From the human T2T-CHM13v2.0 reference genome, Homo sapiens: a stretch of 64,000 nt of DNA. The translations under genes and the position numbers were made by a program. Location: the NCBI RefSeq assembly GCF_009914755.1, contig NC_060929.1, one strand, 5' to 3'. Of the stretch, positions 23,839-42,863 are shown piece after piece; the first letter of the stretch is position 1; each line of letters begins with the position of its first letter. Below the pieces are notes generated by a model. It saw only the letters and a list, made by a program, of their open reading frames with translations. It was not told where the DNA came from and did not search any database.

Positions 23839-25115
23839 CTGGTAGAAACCAAAACAGGTCCTCCTTAGAGTTCTCAGGGAACATACGATATGCAAACACT
23901 AAAGGCTTTCCAGCCCTATTTACATAAGGACAAACATACAATACAACACAGGGCTTTAGAACTTTACACTTTTCAGCATGGCAGGAGCTGCAAAAACATA
24001 AGAGAGAAGATGCCGCAGAGTGGAAACCACCAAGAAGTGAAATTGAAATGGCTCAGATACACCTCTGTGCAGGACATTTCTCTATCTTCTCACTAGGAAT
24101 AATGGAAATTTCCAAATAGGTACTAATGATCTGAGCTGCACTTTCACGCAGAAATCTTAGTGTTTTCATTACTTTGACCCAAGCAGATGTTCCATAGAAG
24201 CAATACCCTAAGTGAACACAGATGGGCTTGCCCCAGTCTGCCCTAAAAAAACGCAGATCCCAAGCCCACTTTCCTGTGAGAGGGGGCAGCTTCTAATACT
24301 GGAAGTGCTGAGAGAGAGTGACAGTGCCTCCCTGGCCATGGGACTTCCAGGCAGCTTCCATAGATCCAGGAGGTGCTGCCGCCTTCCACAGCATGACCAC
24401 CCTCGTTCTGGCTCCACGCTGGGAAAACAGAGGTCAGAGGTTTGTGGGGAAAAAACGTGTTTCCTCTCTTTCTTAGTTAAGCGTATTTCCTTTCAATGCG
24501 TCACCTCTCCTCCTCCATCTGCAGCACCCAGCCGACGTGAGAAGCTGCAGCCCCTGGAGACAGAAAGTATCCCTCCTTGCAGTCAAAAAGATGAGGATTA
24601 GGGAATAGGTCAGTATTCTCTGCCACCTGGAAGCAGAGGAGCTCACGGGGGCAGGCAAAAGAGAAGACTATGGGGGAAATGAAAAACTAAGTATAAATGT
24701 TTTGCAACAACAACAAAAAAAACCCAAAGGATTTTTCTTCTCATGCAACAGATAACCATCTTCTCCTTGGAATCTCCCACTTGATAGCTCCTTCAAGGTC
24801 TTTAAATTTACTTTTTGGCTCAAAATTTATTTAGTCTACCTTCAATATGAAAACGAACAGTTTCAGACACTCAGAAGGGACAAATATTATGGTGCTGTTC
24901 TCTCATCTTTCAAGGGGTTAATTACCTCTGGCTGAAACACTAAGGAAATACCGGAAGATGGCTCAGTCACTAGGTCAGCCTCTCAAGAGATCACAGTTTG
25001 AAGGAAATAATGAAGACAGGGCCTCATTAGGGTTTAAAATAGTCCCAGAAAAAGTGTCTCTGCCAAGTCCATGGGGGAAGACATGTAAGCAAGGCTTCCT
25101 GTGCTTTCACCTCCC

Positions 25116-25149
25116 AATACTTTTAATGGTGAAATACTTTTAATGGTGA
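25116..25149. repeat. Perfect 17-bp tandem duplication (AATACTTTTAATGGTGA x2)
   Basis: read directly from the sequence. Confidence 0.95.
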
Positions 25150-26397
25150 GGCTCTCCCCAAGACCAGGCCAGCCCCGTCCCATGCTCATGTACTAGCGAC
25201 CAGAAATTAGCATGCACTAGCTAATACAACATTCCTGGTGAGGCCCTCTGCAAACATGGCATGTTGTGCCATAATCAGCTGGTTTATACCAGATCACAGA
25301 GTCTAGAAGCACAAGAGTTGGGAGCTAGAAATGATCTTTGTCTAGTTTGTGAAACTAGGCTCAGAGAAGTTAACTGTGAACTCACCGCTGCACACCCACA
25401 CCTAGATGAGACTGTGAAGTAATTCAGGAGGGGGGAGAATATGCATAATGCTAAGCTAAAAATAAAATTTCTGAATCTATAACACCAAGAAGAGAAAAAC
25501 AAGAGGAGATAAGGTTTAAGTCATCACTATAGAAAAAAAGCCTTTGACATTTAAAAACATCAAAAAAAGTTATAGAATTCTTTTACCAAATAACGTGGAT
25601 CAGTCAGAAACTTGCACAGATTTATATCCCCTCAATAAACTGGAATAAAATAAAAAGCAACAGAATAAAGCCTGTATTGTTTTGGGGAAATGTACCTTAA
25701 AGAACTTATTTTAAAAAAGCTATTTTGAATTAAGAAAAAGAAAGTAGAAAAAGAATTAAATACATGGATCACAGAATATCCCATATATGGAGAGGATACA
25801 CCACCAAGTAGTTACTACTCCTGAACATGGAAATGACTAAAACTTAACTTAAGCTAAAGTCACTGTCCTCTACCTCAAAAATATTTAACCAATCCAGGCT
25901 CCTTCACAATGACTGCAGGGCGAAGTGCTGGCAGCCCCAAGGCTGGTAAACCCCAGCATCCCCAGTACACGTGCTCACATGCACAAGTGGGTATGGACTG
26001 AGAGGTAAAGCCACCCACCAATGGTTGCCTTGGGAGGCCATAGCAGTTGAATTGTTTTCCTCAATTCCCTACAGATTGGGGATCAGCATACTGGAAGAGG
26101 CCATTAGAATGGCCTGAAAAAGTCCTCATTTGCTTGTGAAAGCAGTGAGAACATTCCAGGTTTATTTTCATCAGTTTGGGGGAAGAGGAAACAAGAAAAA
26201 TTCTTTGCAGATGTTGTAATACTCAGACCCAGGTGTGTAGTTACTGAACTACAAACCTTGATATGTTTTTTCAATTCATTACTGTTATATGTGAGAAGAT
26301 GAAAACAAAGGAGTTTAAATATAGCAAGGCTAGGGATGATGTAATTTATCATTGGCTTTGCCTTGCATAGGAGTTACTATGCTAACATGACAGTTAC

Positions 26398-26458
26398 CTG
26401 GCAACAAGTGAAGAGTTACTTCCTTCTCTGTTACTTCCTTTTCGTTTGTGTGAATTTC
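26398..26458 (-). CDS. MTMR12: MTMR12 exon 2 (EIHTNEKEVTEKEVTLHLLP-G), 61 nt
   Basis: acceptor cttctcttttag|GAA, donor CCAG|gtaact; phase 0 in, phase 1 out; continues exon 1 in frame. Confidence 0.95.
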
Positions 26459-26519
26459 CTAAAAGAGAAGAGCAAAGGATATTTTTCTTTGTTTAAGGGT
26501 TTAAAATGAATAACATTAA

Positions 26520-29122
<2,603 letters not shown>

Positions 29123-29345
29123 GTTACTAACCAAGGATCTGCAAGCTCCATTGAACTCAGAGCCTACATTCTTCGCTGCTATGTACCAATTCTAACAAAC
29201 ATGGTCTCCAGTTTCCCATTGCAAAAGAGAAAATCAATGTAGCATCCATTGCTTGTAAAGGAAACTCTTACCACAAAACTGATCAGAACAAATAAGAAAA
29301 ATTCCGTTAGGAGAACTACTTCACATTCAAGGATCTGCCACACAC

Positions 29346-29680
29346 AGCAGCATTCCCCAAACTTTTGGAGCTAGGTGTTGGTTTCACGGAAGACAATTTT
29401 TCCACGGACCTGGCAGGGGGGCAGGGGATGATTTTGGGATGAAACTGTTCTACCTCAGGTCATTAGACATTACTTAGATTCTCATAGGGAGCGTGCAACC
29501 TGGATCTCTTGCATGTGCAGTTCACAATAGGGTTCATGCTCCTATAAGAATCTAATGCCGCCACTGATCCCACAGGAGGTGGAACTCAGGAGGTAATCCT
29601 TGCTGCCCCCTACTCCTACATTCAACTCCTGCAGTGCTGGCACAGACTAGTACCAGTCCGCAGTCTAGGGGCTGGGGACA
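29346..29680. mobile_element. MER1 (A/B) hAT-Charlie element
   Basis: GGAAGACAATTTTTCCACGGAC...GATGAAACTGTTC...GCAGTTCACAATAGGGTTC...GAATCTAATGCCGCC. Confidence 0.85.
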
Positions 29681-30648
29681 TACAGGACAAAAGCACATGG
29701 ATGTTAAAGTCAACTACCACTCTTGAGGACTTGCTGAGAGGCAGCCTGGTGGTATTTACTTCACTGGTTCTTGAAAAGTCAATTCTTTGGACTCTTACCA
29801 AGTTCACATTCAGAGTGCACATCATCTCAAATGTGTGATGATCCTGGGGCACCTTAGGAGAGGTAGAAAAAGGGTAGGGCCCTGCCAGAAAGATCTTGAA
29901 AAGAACTAGGGTGTGTGGGGGTACAATGAAGCTCTCATAGGTCAAAATGCTTATAAATGCTCCTATCAGCTTTAAATCAAAAACTGAAATTGTTGTTCTC
30001 AGATTAATTTTATCCAGCCAGAGGGACAAACTCTAAGAAGCAACATCTCTAAAGGTTCCAAAACAATTTCTTTCCATTGCAATTGACACAGTGCTAAAAG
30101 GACATAACACAGACATTTCATTTCCTAAAAGCTGCCCTACTTTTCTAGAATGAACACTTAATACTCATTTTTTTCCAGCTAAGTAGAAAATCTGAGGGAG
30201 AAAAATGAATTTGCATCTACATATTAGGTAGGTATCCATGTATATCTTAAAACAAAATTTTTTTAAGTAGAAAGTTGTATTTTTTATACAGCATAGTACT
30301 AATAATTTAAGTTTTTGTCTTTCTCTATGTTTCTCCAATATTTTCTCTGTGCATGTACTAAAAACAGAAAGAATACCGACCTGGGGCCACAGTCCAAATA
30401 TGGCTCTGGCATCCACAGATGTGACTTTGGTCGTGTCATTTAAACTGACTGAGTGTCAGTTTCAGTTTCCTCCGATATACTAAAATGGAAACAATACTAC
30501 CTAGTATGAGAGCTTTAAGAGATACATACATAACTTCGGTGACACAGGCACTTGGTCATGTAATTTGTTATAGTTGTTGGGGGTAGCAGGATCTGTGCTT
30601 CTGCTTGATTTCCTTTCATGAGTAAACAAAGAGTAGGGGAATTATTCA

Positions 30649-32191
<1,543 letters not shown>

Positions 32192-32461
32192 CTAATCCTT
32201 TCTGGTTAACACTTCAAAAAAATTATAAATATACACTATGCAAGTCTTACAGATAATCAACTCAGGTAAAAAACAAATAACCATCATCACCACTATCAAC
32301 TGCTTCCCCCCTCAAACAAAAATCCAAACCAGTCCCAAGAAGAGAAATAACCTAGAGGACTCCAAAAAATCAGGGTATACAAATAAGAATCATAAAGAAA
32401 TCCTTGCCTCAAAAATAAGTTTAATTGGAGTTTTTCTTTGAATTTGATTTTCACAAGTTAC

Positions 32462-32635
32462 CTGTTTGGGTGGGTAGGAAGGACGGAACGGAGAGTATTC
32501 ACTGGCAATGTCTGTAGTCTCTTCATCCCTATATTTCACAATCGCTTTTTGAACTCCACAAGAAAAACAAAGAAAGAACTGACAAATATGGAGCTAATAT
32601 ATTTCAATATTCTTAAGAGAAAACGGATTTACCAT
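32462..32635 (-). other. Candidate alternative first coding exon of MTMR12 with one in-frame TAG (possibly pseudogenised)
   Basis: AGAATGG strong Kozak ATG; 58 codons with one stop at 32594-32596; donor CAG|GTAACT in phase 0, compatible with exon 2. Confidence 0.4.
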
Positions 32636-33716
32636 TCTTTGCTTGTTGATCACAGGAGAATGAACATAGCTGAATGAAGGAGAGCAGAGGTGGATACCAA
32701 CAAGGTACGAGAGCACCCGTATCTGGATGTGCTGAGTCCTACATGTGGATCTTGGAGTGGGTTCCCCTGAAATTCCCCTATGTGCATCCTACTCCTAACC
32801 ATGCTGTATTCTGAATGTGTATAAGCTGTTGTTTTCATTGGCAAATTTGTTGGGTGAGTGATTAAAGGCTGTCCAAACTTTACAATTGAATGAGTAAATA
32901 TAATCTCTTTCTTAGTGGCATTACAAATTACTACACTGTGACCAAGAGTCACTTGTGGACTGTAGACATCACAGATGTCCAATCTGTGAACGCCAAAGTC
33001 TACTGTTCCTTTTTCCAAAGTGGGTACAGGGCCAGCCCTTACTGAGGTTGAGAAGTGAATAATAACAAACATTTCTTGGGCTCTAAGTGCCAGCTACTGT
33101 CTAAAAAGCTTTGTATTTATTTATTAACTCATTTAATCCTCACAGCAAACCTTTGCAATAGAGTTATTATACCCATGATTGTCTCCATTTTACAGATGAA
33201 GACACCCTGCTAGTATGTGGCACAGGTGAAAGTCAAACCCTGTGCGCAGTCTGCGTTCCTGGCCCAGTCTGCATTCTTATTCAATGCCACACTGTCATGT
33301 GGAAAGAAGGAATGAAAGGAAAAAGGAAAAACAAGGCAGAATGATCAGTGAAGTACCTGCTAGATCCACCTGAAACCAGGTAAAAGCGAGCAACACAAAG
33401 TGACCAGGGAAAGCCTCGAATGAGAGTTATAGAGAGGCCAAGGGAAGCTAAAGGGAAAACAACAACAAAAGACACCTACACCCAACCTAAGTGACACTGG
33501 CCAGCTGCATGGAGAAGAACCTTGAGGCTCCTCAACACCTACTGAAAGTGTTACCTCTTATGACTCACTCCACTGGGTCCTCTGAGGCATGAGTCTCTAA
33601 TTTTCAAGCCAACTGACTCAAGAGTTCAATGGGACTCCAGGAAAGGCTCTAACCATGAATAACACTGGTATGTATGCCTGAGCAATTCTTGCTTCCTTTC
33701 AAGAGTATATAATCTT

Positions 33717-36227
<2,511 letters not shown>

Positions 36228-36853
36228 GGATTGACTTTTGCCCTCACGAAATTCAGATGACAAAAAATAACTAGAATACTAAGTAATGAGTGCTGTAAGT
36301 ACCAGAAGGCTACAAAAGATTCTGTCTCTACACATCATCTCATTTATTATTCAGAGCTTAGTTAACTACTATTATTGTTTCATTTTAGAGATGAGGAAAA
36401 TGAGAGTAAGCCAGGTTAAAAGAAATGGGTCTCAAGCCTTTACCTGAAAGGCTTTACCTGACAAGGGTTTATCTGACGAGGGTTGTACTCTCAACCACAA
36501 TCCAACCTGCCTCCCCTGGCCGACCATGCCTCCTCCTCCTGGGCACTGCTCCTCTCGAGTTCACATGCTCTTTTATTCACTGAATGATCATCTCTTATGC
36601 ACCTGCTCTCTTCCACGCACAGCAAACACAGGAATGAACACAACACACAGCACCTAAGTCCTCAGAGAACACAGGAGTCTGACAGCCTTGGTAGAAATGT
36701 GCTATATGTTAGAGGAAATACAGGGTACAATGGGAACACTTAGAAACACTGAACTGCATTCAGAAAGGGTCAAAGAAGACTGCTGCACTCAGCAAGTGTT
36801 ATTTATACTGAGACCTGAAAATGAGCAGAAATTAGTTCCAGGCAGAATGGCCA

Positions 36854-37291
36854 TGTGATGGTTAATACTGAGTGTCAACTTGATTAAAGGATGCAAAATA
36901 TTGATCTTGGGTGTGGCTGTGAGTGTTGCCAAAGGAGATTAACATTTGAGTCAGTGGGCTGGGAAAGGCAGACCCAGCCTTAATCTGGTGGACCAATCTA
37001 ATCAGCTACCAGTGAATATAAGGCAGGCAGAAAAACATGAAAAGGTGAGACTGGCCTAGCCTCGCAGCCTACATCTTTCTCCTGTGCTGGATGTTTCCTG
37101 GCCTCAAACATCAGACTCCAAGTTCTTCAGTTTTGAGACTTTGACAGGCTCTCCTTGCTCCTCAAGCTTGCAGACAGACTACTGTGGGAACTTGTGATCA
37201 TGTAATTTAATATTTAATAAACTCCCCTTTATATATATACACATACATACATACATCCTGTTAGTTCTGTCCATCTAGGAACCCTAATACG
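36854..37291 (+). mobile_element. 5' LTR, MLT2A1-type
   Basis: starts TGTGATGGTTAATACTGAGTGTCAACTTGA and ends CCCTAATACG; 438 bp; AATAAA at 37216; about 90% identical to the 3' LTR by eye. Confidence 0.9.
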
Positions 37292-37296
37292 GATTT

Positions 37297-37314
37297 TGGT
37301 ACCAGGAGTGGTTC
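37297..37314 (+). other. Primer-binding site complementary to the tRNA-Leu 3' end
   Basis: TGGTACCAGGAGTGGTTC just after the 5' LTR; matches the Leu PBS that gives HERV-L its name. Confidence 0.85.
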
Positions 37315-37356
37315 TAGAGGAACAGAATAGTAAGGATGGCATTCTTTCATTTGTCG

Positions 37357-39120
37357 TGGGGTTTCTGGAGTTGGCTGCTTAATATGATTAGACCCAAAAA
37401 TGCTAAGGCCTCCACTGATAATGGAAGTAGAGAACACTGATAGTCCTTGGCATGAACTGTTTAGAAAGTTATGCAAAACAAACACATTTGACACTCCTGA
37501 TTCATCGCTCATGAGAGGCAAGGAGTTTAGTGACTCTATACATAATACCTTTGACCATATGTGGAGAACCAAGGAACATAATGAAGCTGGTTGGTTGCTC
37601 CTAAGTTCAGTGGACAAAGTGATGAATGAAAATGACGAACTCAGGGATTCTACCTCCTGGGTAGAATCTCCCTTCAGAAGCAGACACCGAGCCTCAAATC
37701 TGCTAAGACTGTCCTGAGTGAGAGTCTTATCTCTGGCAGAGAAAGAGCTGAAATTGTGGAAAAACAGATACAAGCTCTTATCATGTGAGTGGCTGACCTG
37801 CAACAAAAGGTGCATGCACAGCCTCGCCAGGTGTCTTTTGTTAAAGTGAAGGCATTCATGGGAAAAGAATGGGACCCTGCAACTTGGAATGGGAACGTGT
37901 GGGAGGACCCTGATGAAGCTGGGGACACTGAGCTTGTAAACTCTGATGAACTTTTTTTGCCAGAAGGAACAGCTTCCCCATCCCCAGTAGTGGCAACATC
38001 CCCTCCCTAACCCATACTGCCATCAGCCTTTCCACCTTTGTCTGAGATAAACTCTGCACTGCCTGAGGCAACACTGATGGCCTCCCCTGAGGCAGCTGCC
38101 AGGCAAGATAATGTTGATTCTCCTCAGGAGTCACCCCCAACACCCCTGTTTGCTTCTAGACCTATAACTGGACTAAAGTCCCAGCAGGTGAGGTGAGGTT
38201 GAGACTGTGGCACGTGATGAGGTGCGCTACACTTGAAAAGAACTGCTTGAGTTCTCTAATTTATATAAACAGAAATCTGGAGAATAGGCATGGGAATGGA
38301 TATTAAGGGTATAGGATAATGGTAGAAGGAACATAGAGTTGGATCAGGCTAAATTTATTGATTTGAGCCCACTAAGTAGGGACTCTGCTTTTAATGTTGC
38401 AGCTCGGGGAGTTAAAAAAGGTTCTAATAGTTTATGTGCTTGGTTAGCTGAAATATGGATTAAAAGATGGCCCACTATGAGTGAGCTGGAAATGCCTGAT
38501 CTCCCTTGGTTTAATGTAGAGTAAGGGATCCAAAGGCTTAGGGAGATTGGGATGGTGGAGTGGATTAGGCACTTTAGACCTACTCATCCCAGCTGGGAGG
38601 GTCCAGAAGATATATCCTTGACCAATGCTTTGCAAAACAGATTTGTGAGGGCAGCATCTGCATCTTTGAAGAGCCCTGTAATTGCTTGTCTCTGTATGTC
38701 AAATCTAACAGTGGGAACTGCAATCACTCAACTACAAAATTTAAATACAATGGGAATAACTGGATCCCTAGGTGGCAGGGGCCAAGTGGCGGCACTCAAC
38801 TGTCAAAGACAAGGTGTTCGTAGCTACTGTAATGGATGGTAGAGACAAAGCAGCAATCAGAATAGTCTGACTCACGTAGAGCTCTGGCATTGGCTAATTA
38901 ATCATGCTGTTCCTAGAAGTGAAACTGATAGGAAGCCTACTGCATTCCTACTTAATTTATATAAACAGAAAACTTCCAGGTCTAATGCACAAAAGACTAG
39001 TTTGAATTATAAAAACAGAGAATCACGGCCCCTCAATCAATTTCCAGACTTGAGCCAGTTTACAGACCCAGAACCCCTTGAAGGAAGGGGAGGCCGGGTC
39101 CCCTTGAGGAAGGACCCCAC
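37357..39120 (+). pseudogene. HERV-L gag remnant (multiple stops and frameshifts)
   Basis: ORF fragments 37400..37717, 37789..38010, 38339..38524 and 38552..38842 with ERVL gag-like peptides (SPWHELF, GKEWDPATWNG, WLAEIWIKRWPT). Confidence 0.85.
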
Positions 39121-39199
39121 CACATTACCAACAATTTACACAGTGGATCTTTCTCTCATCCTTCCCCAAGGAGACCTCTGACATTCTACCAGGGTAAGT

Positions 39200-42100
39200 G
39201 TGCACTGGGGAAAGGGAAATGATCAGACATTTGGACTAATGGACACTGGTTCTGAGCTGACAATGATTCCGGGGTACCCAAAGTGTCACTGTGGTCCTCC
39301 AGTTAAAGTAGGGGCTTATGGAGGTCAGGTAATTAATGCAGTTTTAGCTCAGGTCTGACTTACAGTGGGTCCAGTGGGCCCCCAGACTCATCCTGTTATT
39401 TCCCCAGTGGCAGAATGCATAATTGGCATAGACATACTTAGCAACTGGCAGAACCCCCACATTCGTTCCCTAACTGGTAGGGTGAGGGCTATTATGGTGG
39501 AAAAGGCTAAACAGAAGCCGTTAGAGCTGCCTCTACCTAGAAAAATAGTAAATCGAAAACAATATCACATCCCTGGAGGGACTGCAGAGATTAATGCCAC
39601 CATCAAGGACTTGAAAGACGCAGGGGTAGTGATTCCCACATCCCTGTTCAACTCTCCTATTTGGCCTGTGCAGAAGATGGATCTTGCAGAATGACAGTGG
39701 ATTCTCATAAGCCTAACCAAGAGGTGACTCCAGTTGCAGCTGCTGTACCAAATGTGGTTTCATTGCTTTAGCAAATTAACACATCTCCTGGTACCTGGTA
39801 TACAGCCATTGACTTGGCAAATGGCTTTTTCTCCATTCCTGTCCATGAGGCCCACCAGAAGCAATTTGCCTTCAGCTGGCAAGACCAACAATATACCTTC
39901 ACTGTCCTACCTCAGGGACATATCAACTCTCTGGCTTTGTGTCATAATCTTATTTGAAGAGACCTTGATCGCTTTTTGCTTCCACAAGGTATCACACTGG
40001 TCCATTACATTGATGACATTATCCAAGAAGTAACAAACACAATGGACTTATTGGTGAGACATTTTCATGTCAGAGGATGGGAACTAAATCCAACTAAAAT
40101 TTAGGGAACTTCTACCTCAGTAAAATTTTTAGGGGTTCGGTGGTGTGCGGCCTGTTGAGATACTCCTTCTAAGATGAAGGATAAGTTGCTACATTTGGCC
40201 CCTCCTACAACCAAGAAAGAGGCACAATGCCTAGTGGGCCTATTTGGATTTTGGAGGCAACATATTCTTCGTTTGAGTGTGTTACTCCAGCCCATTTATT
40301 GAGTGACCCATTTATTGAGTGGGGTCCAGAAAAGGAGATGGCTCTGTAACAAGTCCAGGCTGCTTTGCAAGCTGCTCTGCCACTTGGGCCACAAAACCTA
40401 GCTGATCCAATAGTGCTTGAGGTGTCAGTGGCAGATAGGGATGCCATTTGGAGCCTTTGGCAGGCCCCCATAGGTGAATCACAGTGGAGGCCTCCAGGAT
40501 TTTGGAGCAAGGCCCTGCCATCTTCTGCAGATAACGACTCTCCTTTTGAAAGACAGCTCTTGGCCCGTTACTGGGCTTTGGTAGAAACTGAATGTTTGAC
40601 TATGGGTCAAGTCACCATGCGACCTGAACTGCCCATCATGAATTGGGCACTTTCTGACCATCTAGCCATAAAGTGGGTCGTGCACAGCAACATTCCATCA
40701 TCAAATGGAAGTGGTATACACATGACTGGGCTCGAGCAGATCTTGAAGGCACAAGTTACATGAGGAAGTGGCTCAAATGCCCATGGTCTCCACACCTGCC
40801 ACCGTACCTTCTGTTCCCCAGCCTGCACCGATGACCTCATGGGGAGTTCCCTATGATCAGATGACAGGAAGAGAAAACTAGGGCCTGGTTCACAGATGGT
40901 TCTGCAAGACATGCAGGCACCACCAAAAGTGGATAGCTGTAGCACTACAGATCCTTTCTAGGACATCCCTGAAGGACAGCAGTGAAGGGAAACCTTCCCA
41001 GTGGGCAGAACTTTGAGCAGTGCACCTGGTTGTGCATTTTGCATGGAAAGAGAAATGGCCAGATGTCCGATTATATACTGATTCATAGGCTGTAGCCAAT
41101 GGTTTGGCTGGATGTTCAGGGACTTGGAAGAAGCATGATTGGAAAATTGGTGACAAAGAAATTTGGGGAAGAGTTATATGGATGGTCCTCTCTGAGTGGT
41201 CAAAAACTGTGAAGATATTTATATCTTCATGTGAGTGCTCAGCAATGGGTGACCTCAGCAGAGGAGCATTTTAATAATCAAGTAGATAGGGTGACCCGTT
41301 CTGTGGACACCACTCAGACTCTTCCCCCAGCCACCTCTGTCATCACACAATGGGCCCATAAACGAAATGGCCATGGTGGCAGGGATGGAGGTTACGCATC
41401 AGCTCAGCAACATGGACTTCCACTCACCAAGGCTGACCTGGCTACGGCCACTGTTGAGTGCCCAGTTTGCCAGCAGCAGTGACCAACACTGAGCCCTCGA
41501 TATGGCACCATTCCTCAGGGCGATCAGCCAGCTACCTGGTGGCTGGTTGATTCTATTGGACCTCTTCTATCATTGAAAGGGCAGAGGTTTGTCTTCACTG
41601 CAATACACACTCTGGATATGGGTTTGCCTATCCTGCACACAATGCTTCTGCCAAGACTACCATCCATGGACTCACGGAATGCCTTATCCACCATCATGGT
41701 ATTCCACACAGCATTGCCTCTGACCAAGGCACTCTCTTTGCGGCTAAAGAAGTGCGGCAGTGGGTTCGTACTCATGGAATTCACTGGTCTTACCATGTTC
41801 CCTATCATCCTGAAGCAGCTGGATTGACAGAATGGTGTAATAGCCTTTTGAAGTCACAATTACAATGCCAGCTAGGTGACAATAATTTGCAGGGCTGGGG
41901 CAAAGTTCTCTAGAAGGCCATGTATGCTCTGAATCAGCGTTCAATACATGGTACTGTTTCTCCCATAGCCAGGATTCACGGGTCCAGGAATTAAAGGGTG
42001 GAAGTGGAAGTGGCACCACTCACCATCACCCCTAGTGATCCACTAGCAAAATTTTTGCCTCCTGTTCCTGCAACATTATCTTCTGCTGGTCTAGAGGTCT

Positions 42101-42330
42101 TAGTTCCAGAGGGAGGAACGCTGCCACCAGGAGACACAACAATTCCATTAAACTGGAAGTTAAGATTGCTACCCGGACACTTTGGGCCCCTCCTACCTTT
42201 AAGTCAATAGGCTAAGAAGGGAGTTACAGTGTTGGCCGGGGTGACTGACCTGGACTATCAAAATGAAAACAGTCTACTCTCCATAATGGAGGTAAGGAAG
42301 AGTATGCATGGAATACAGGAGATCCATTAG
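39200..42330 (+). pseudogene. HERV-L pro-pol-dUTPase remnant
   Basis: protease DTGS near 39242; RT LPQG near 39907 and YIDD at 40006-40017; RNase H WFTDGS near 40886; integrase H..H/CPVC near 41355-41470 and SDQG near 41719; dUTPase-like PPGDTT...WKLRLLPGHFG and GVTVLAGV near 42120-42250; all frames broken. Confidence 0.9.
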
Positions 42331-42863
42331 GGCGTCTCTTAGTATTACCATGCCCTGCGATTAAGGTCAATGGGAAACGACAACAGCCCAGTCCAGGCAG
42401 GACTACAAATGGTCCAGACCCCTCAGGAATAAAGGTTTGGGTCACTCCACTAGGGAAAAAACCACGACCTGCTGAGGTGTTTGCTGAAGGCAAAGGGAAT
42501 ACAGAATAAGTAGTAGAAGAAGGCAGTCATCAATACCAGCTACGACCACGTGACCAGCTGCAGAAATGAGAACTGTAATTGTCATGAGTATTTCCTCCTT
42601 CTTTTGTTAAAAACATGTTTGTGCATATATACATGTTTTATTTCCTTTTCCTTTATCATATAAGATTTATTGACTTCACATCAGCATTTAAGTATTGTTA
42701 ACTTTATGTAATGGTATTTGGGTTGGGGATTGGTGAGTTTCCAGTTGTATGAAGGATAGTTGTGTTATGTTAGGCGTAATTATGACCTTACTATTGTCTT
42801 TATTTGAAGATTATGTGTGATCTCAGGAGATGTGTATGGGTTCAAGTTGACAAGGGGTGGACT

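Noticed and set aside
24505-24553. Cryptic 49-nt exon (tttctgtctccag|...GAGAG|gtgacg) in intron 2
   Set aside because: Weak donor, frameshifting, and no other support.
37261-42493. ORFs inside HERV-L as functional proteins
   Set aside because: All are short fragments between stops and frameshifts, or antisense frames; there is no intact gag, pol or dUTPase.
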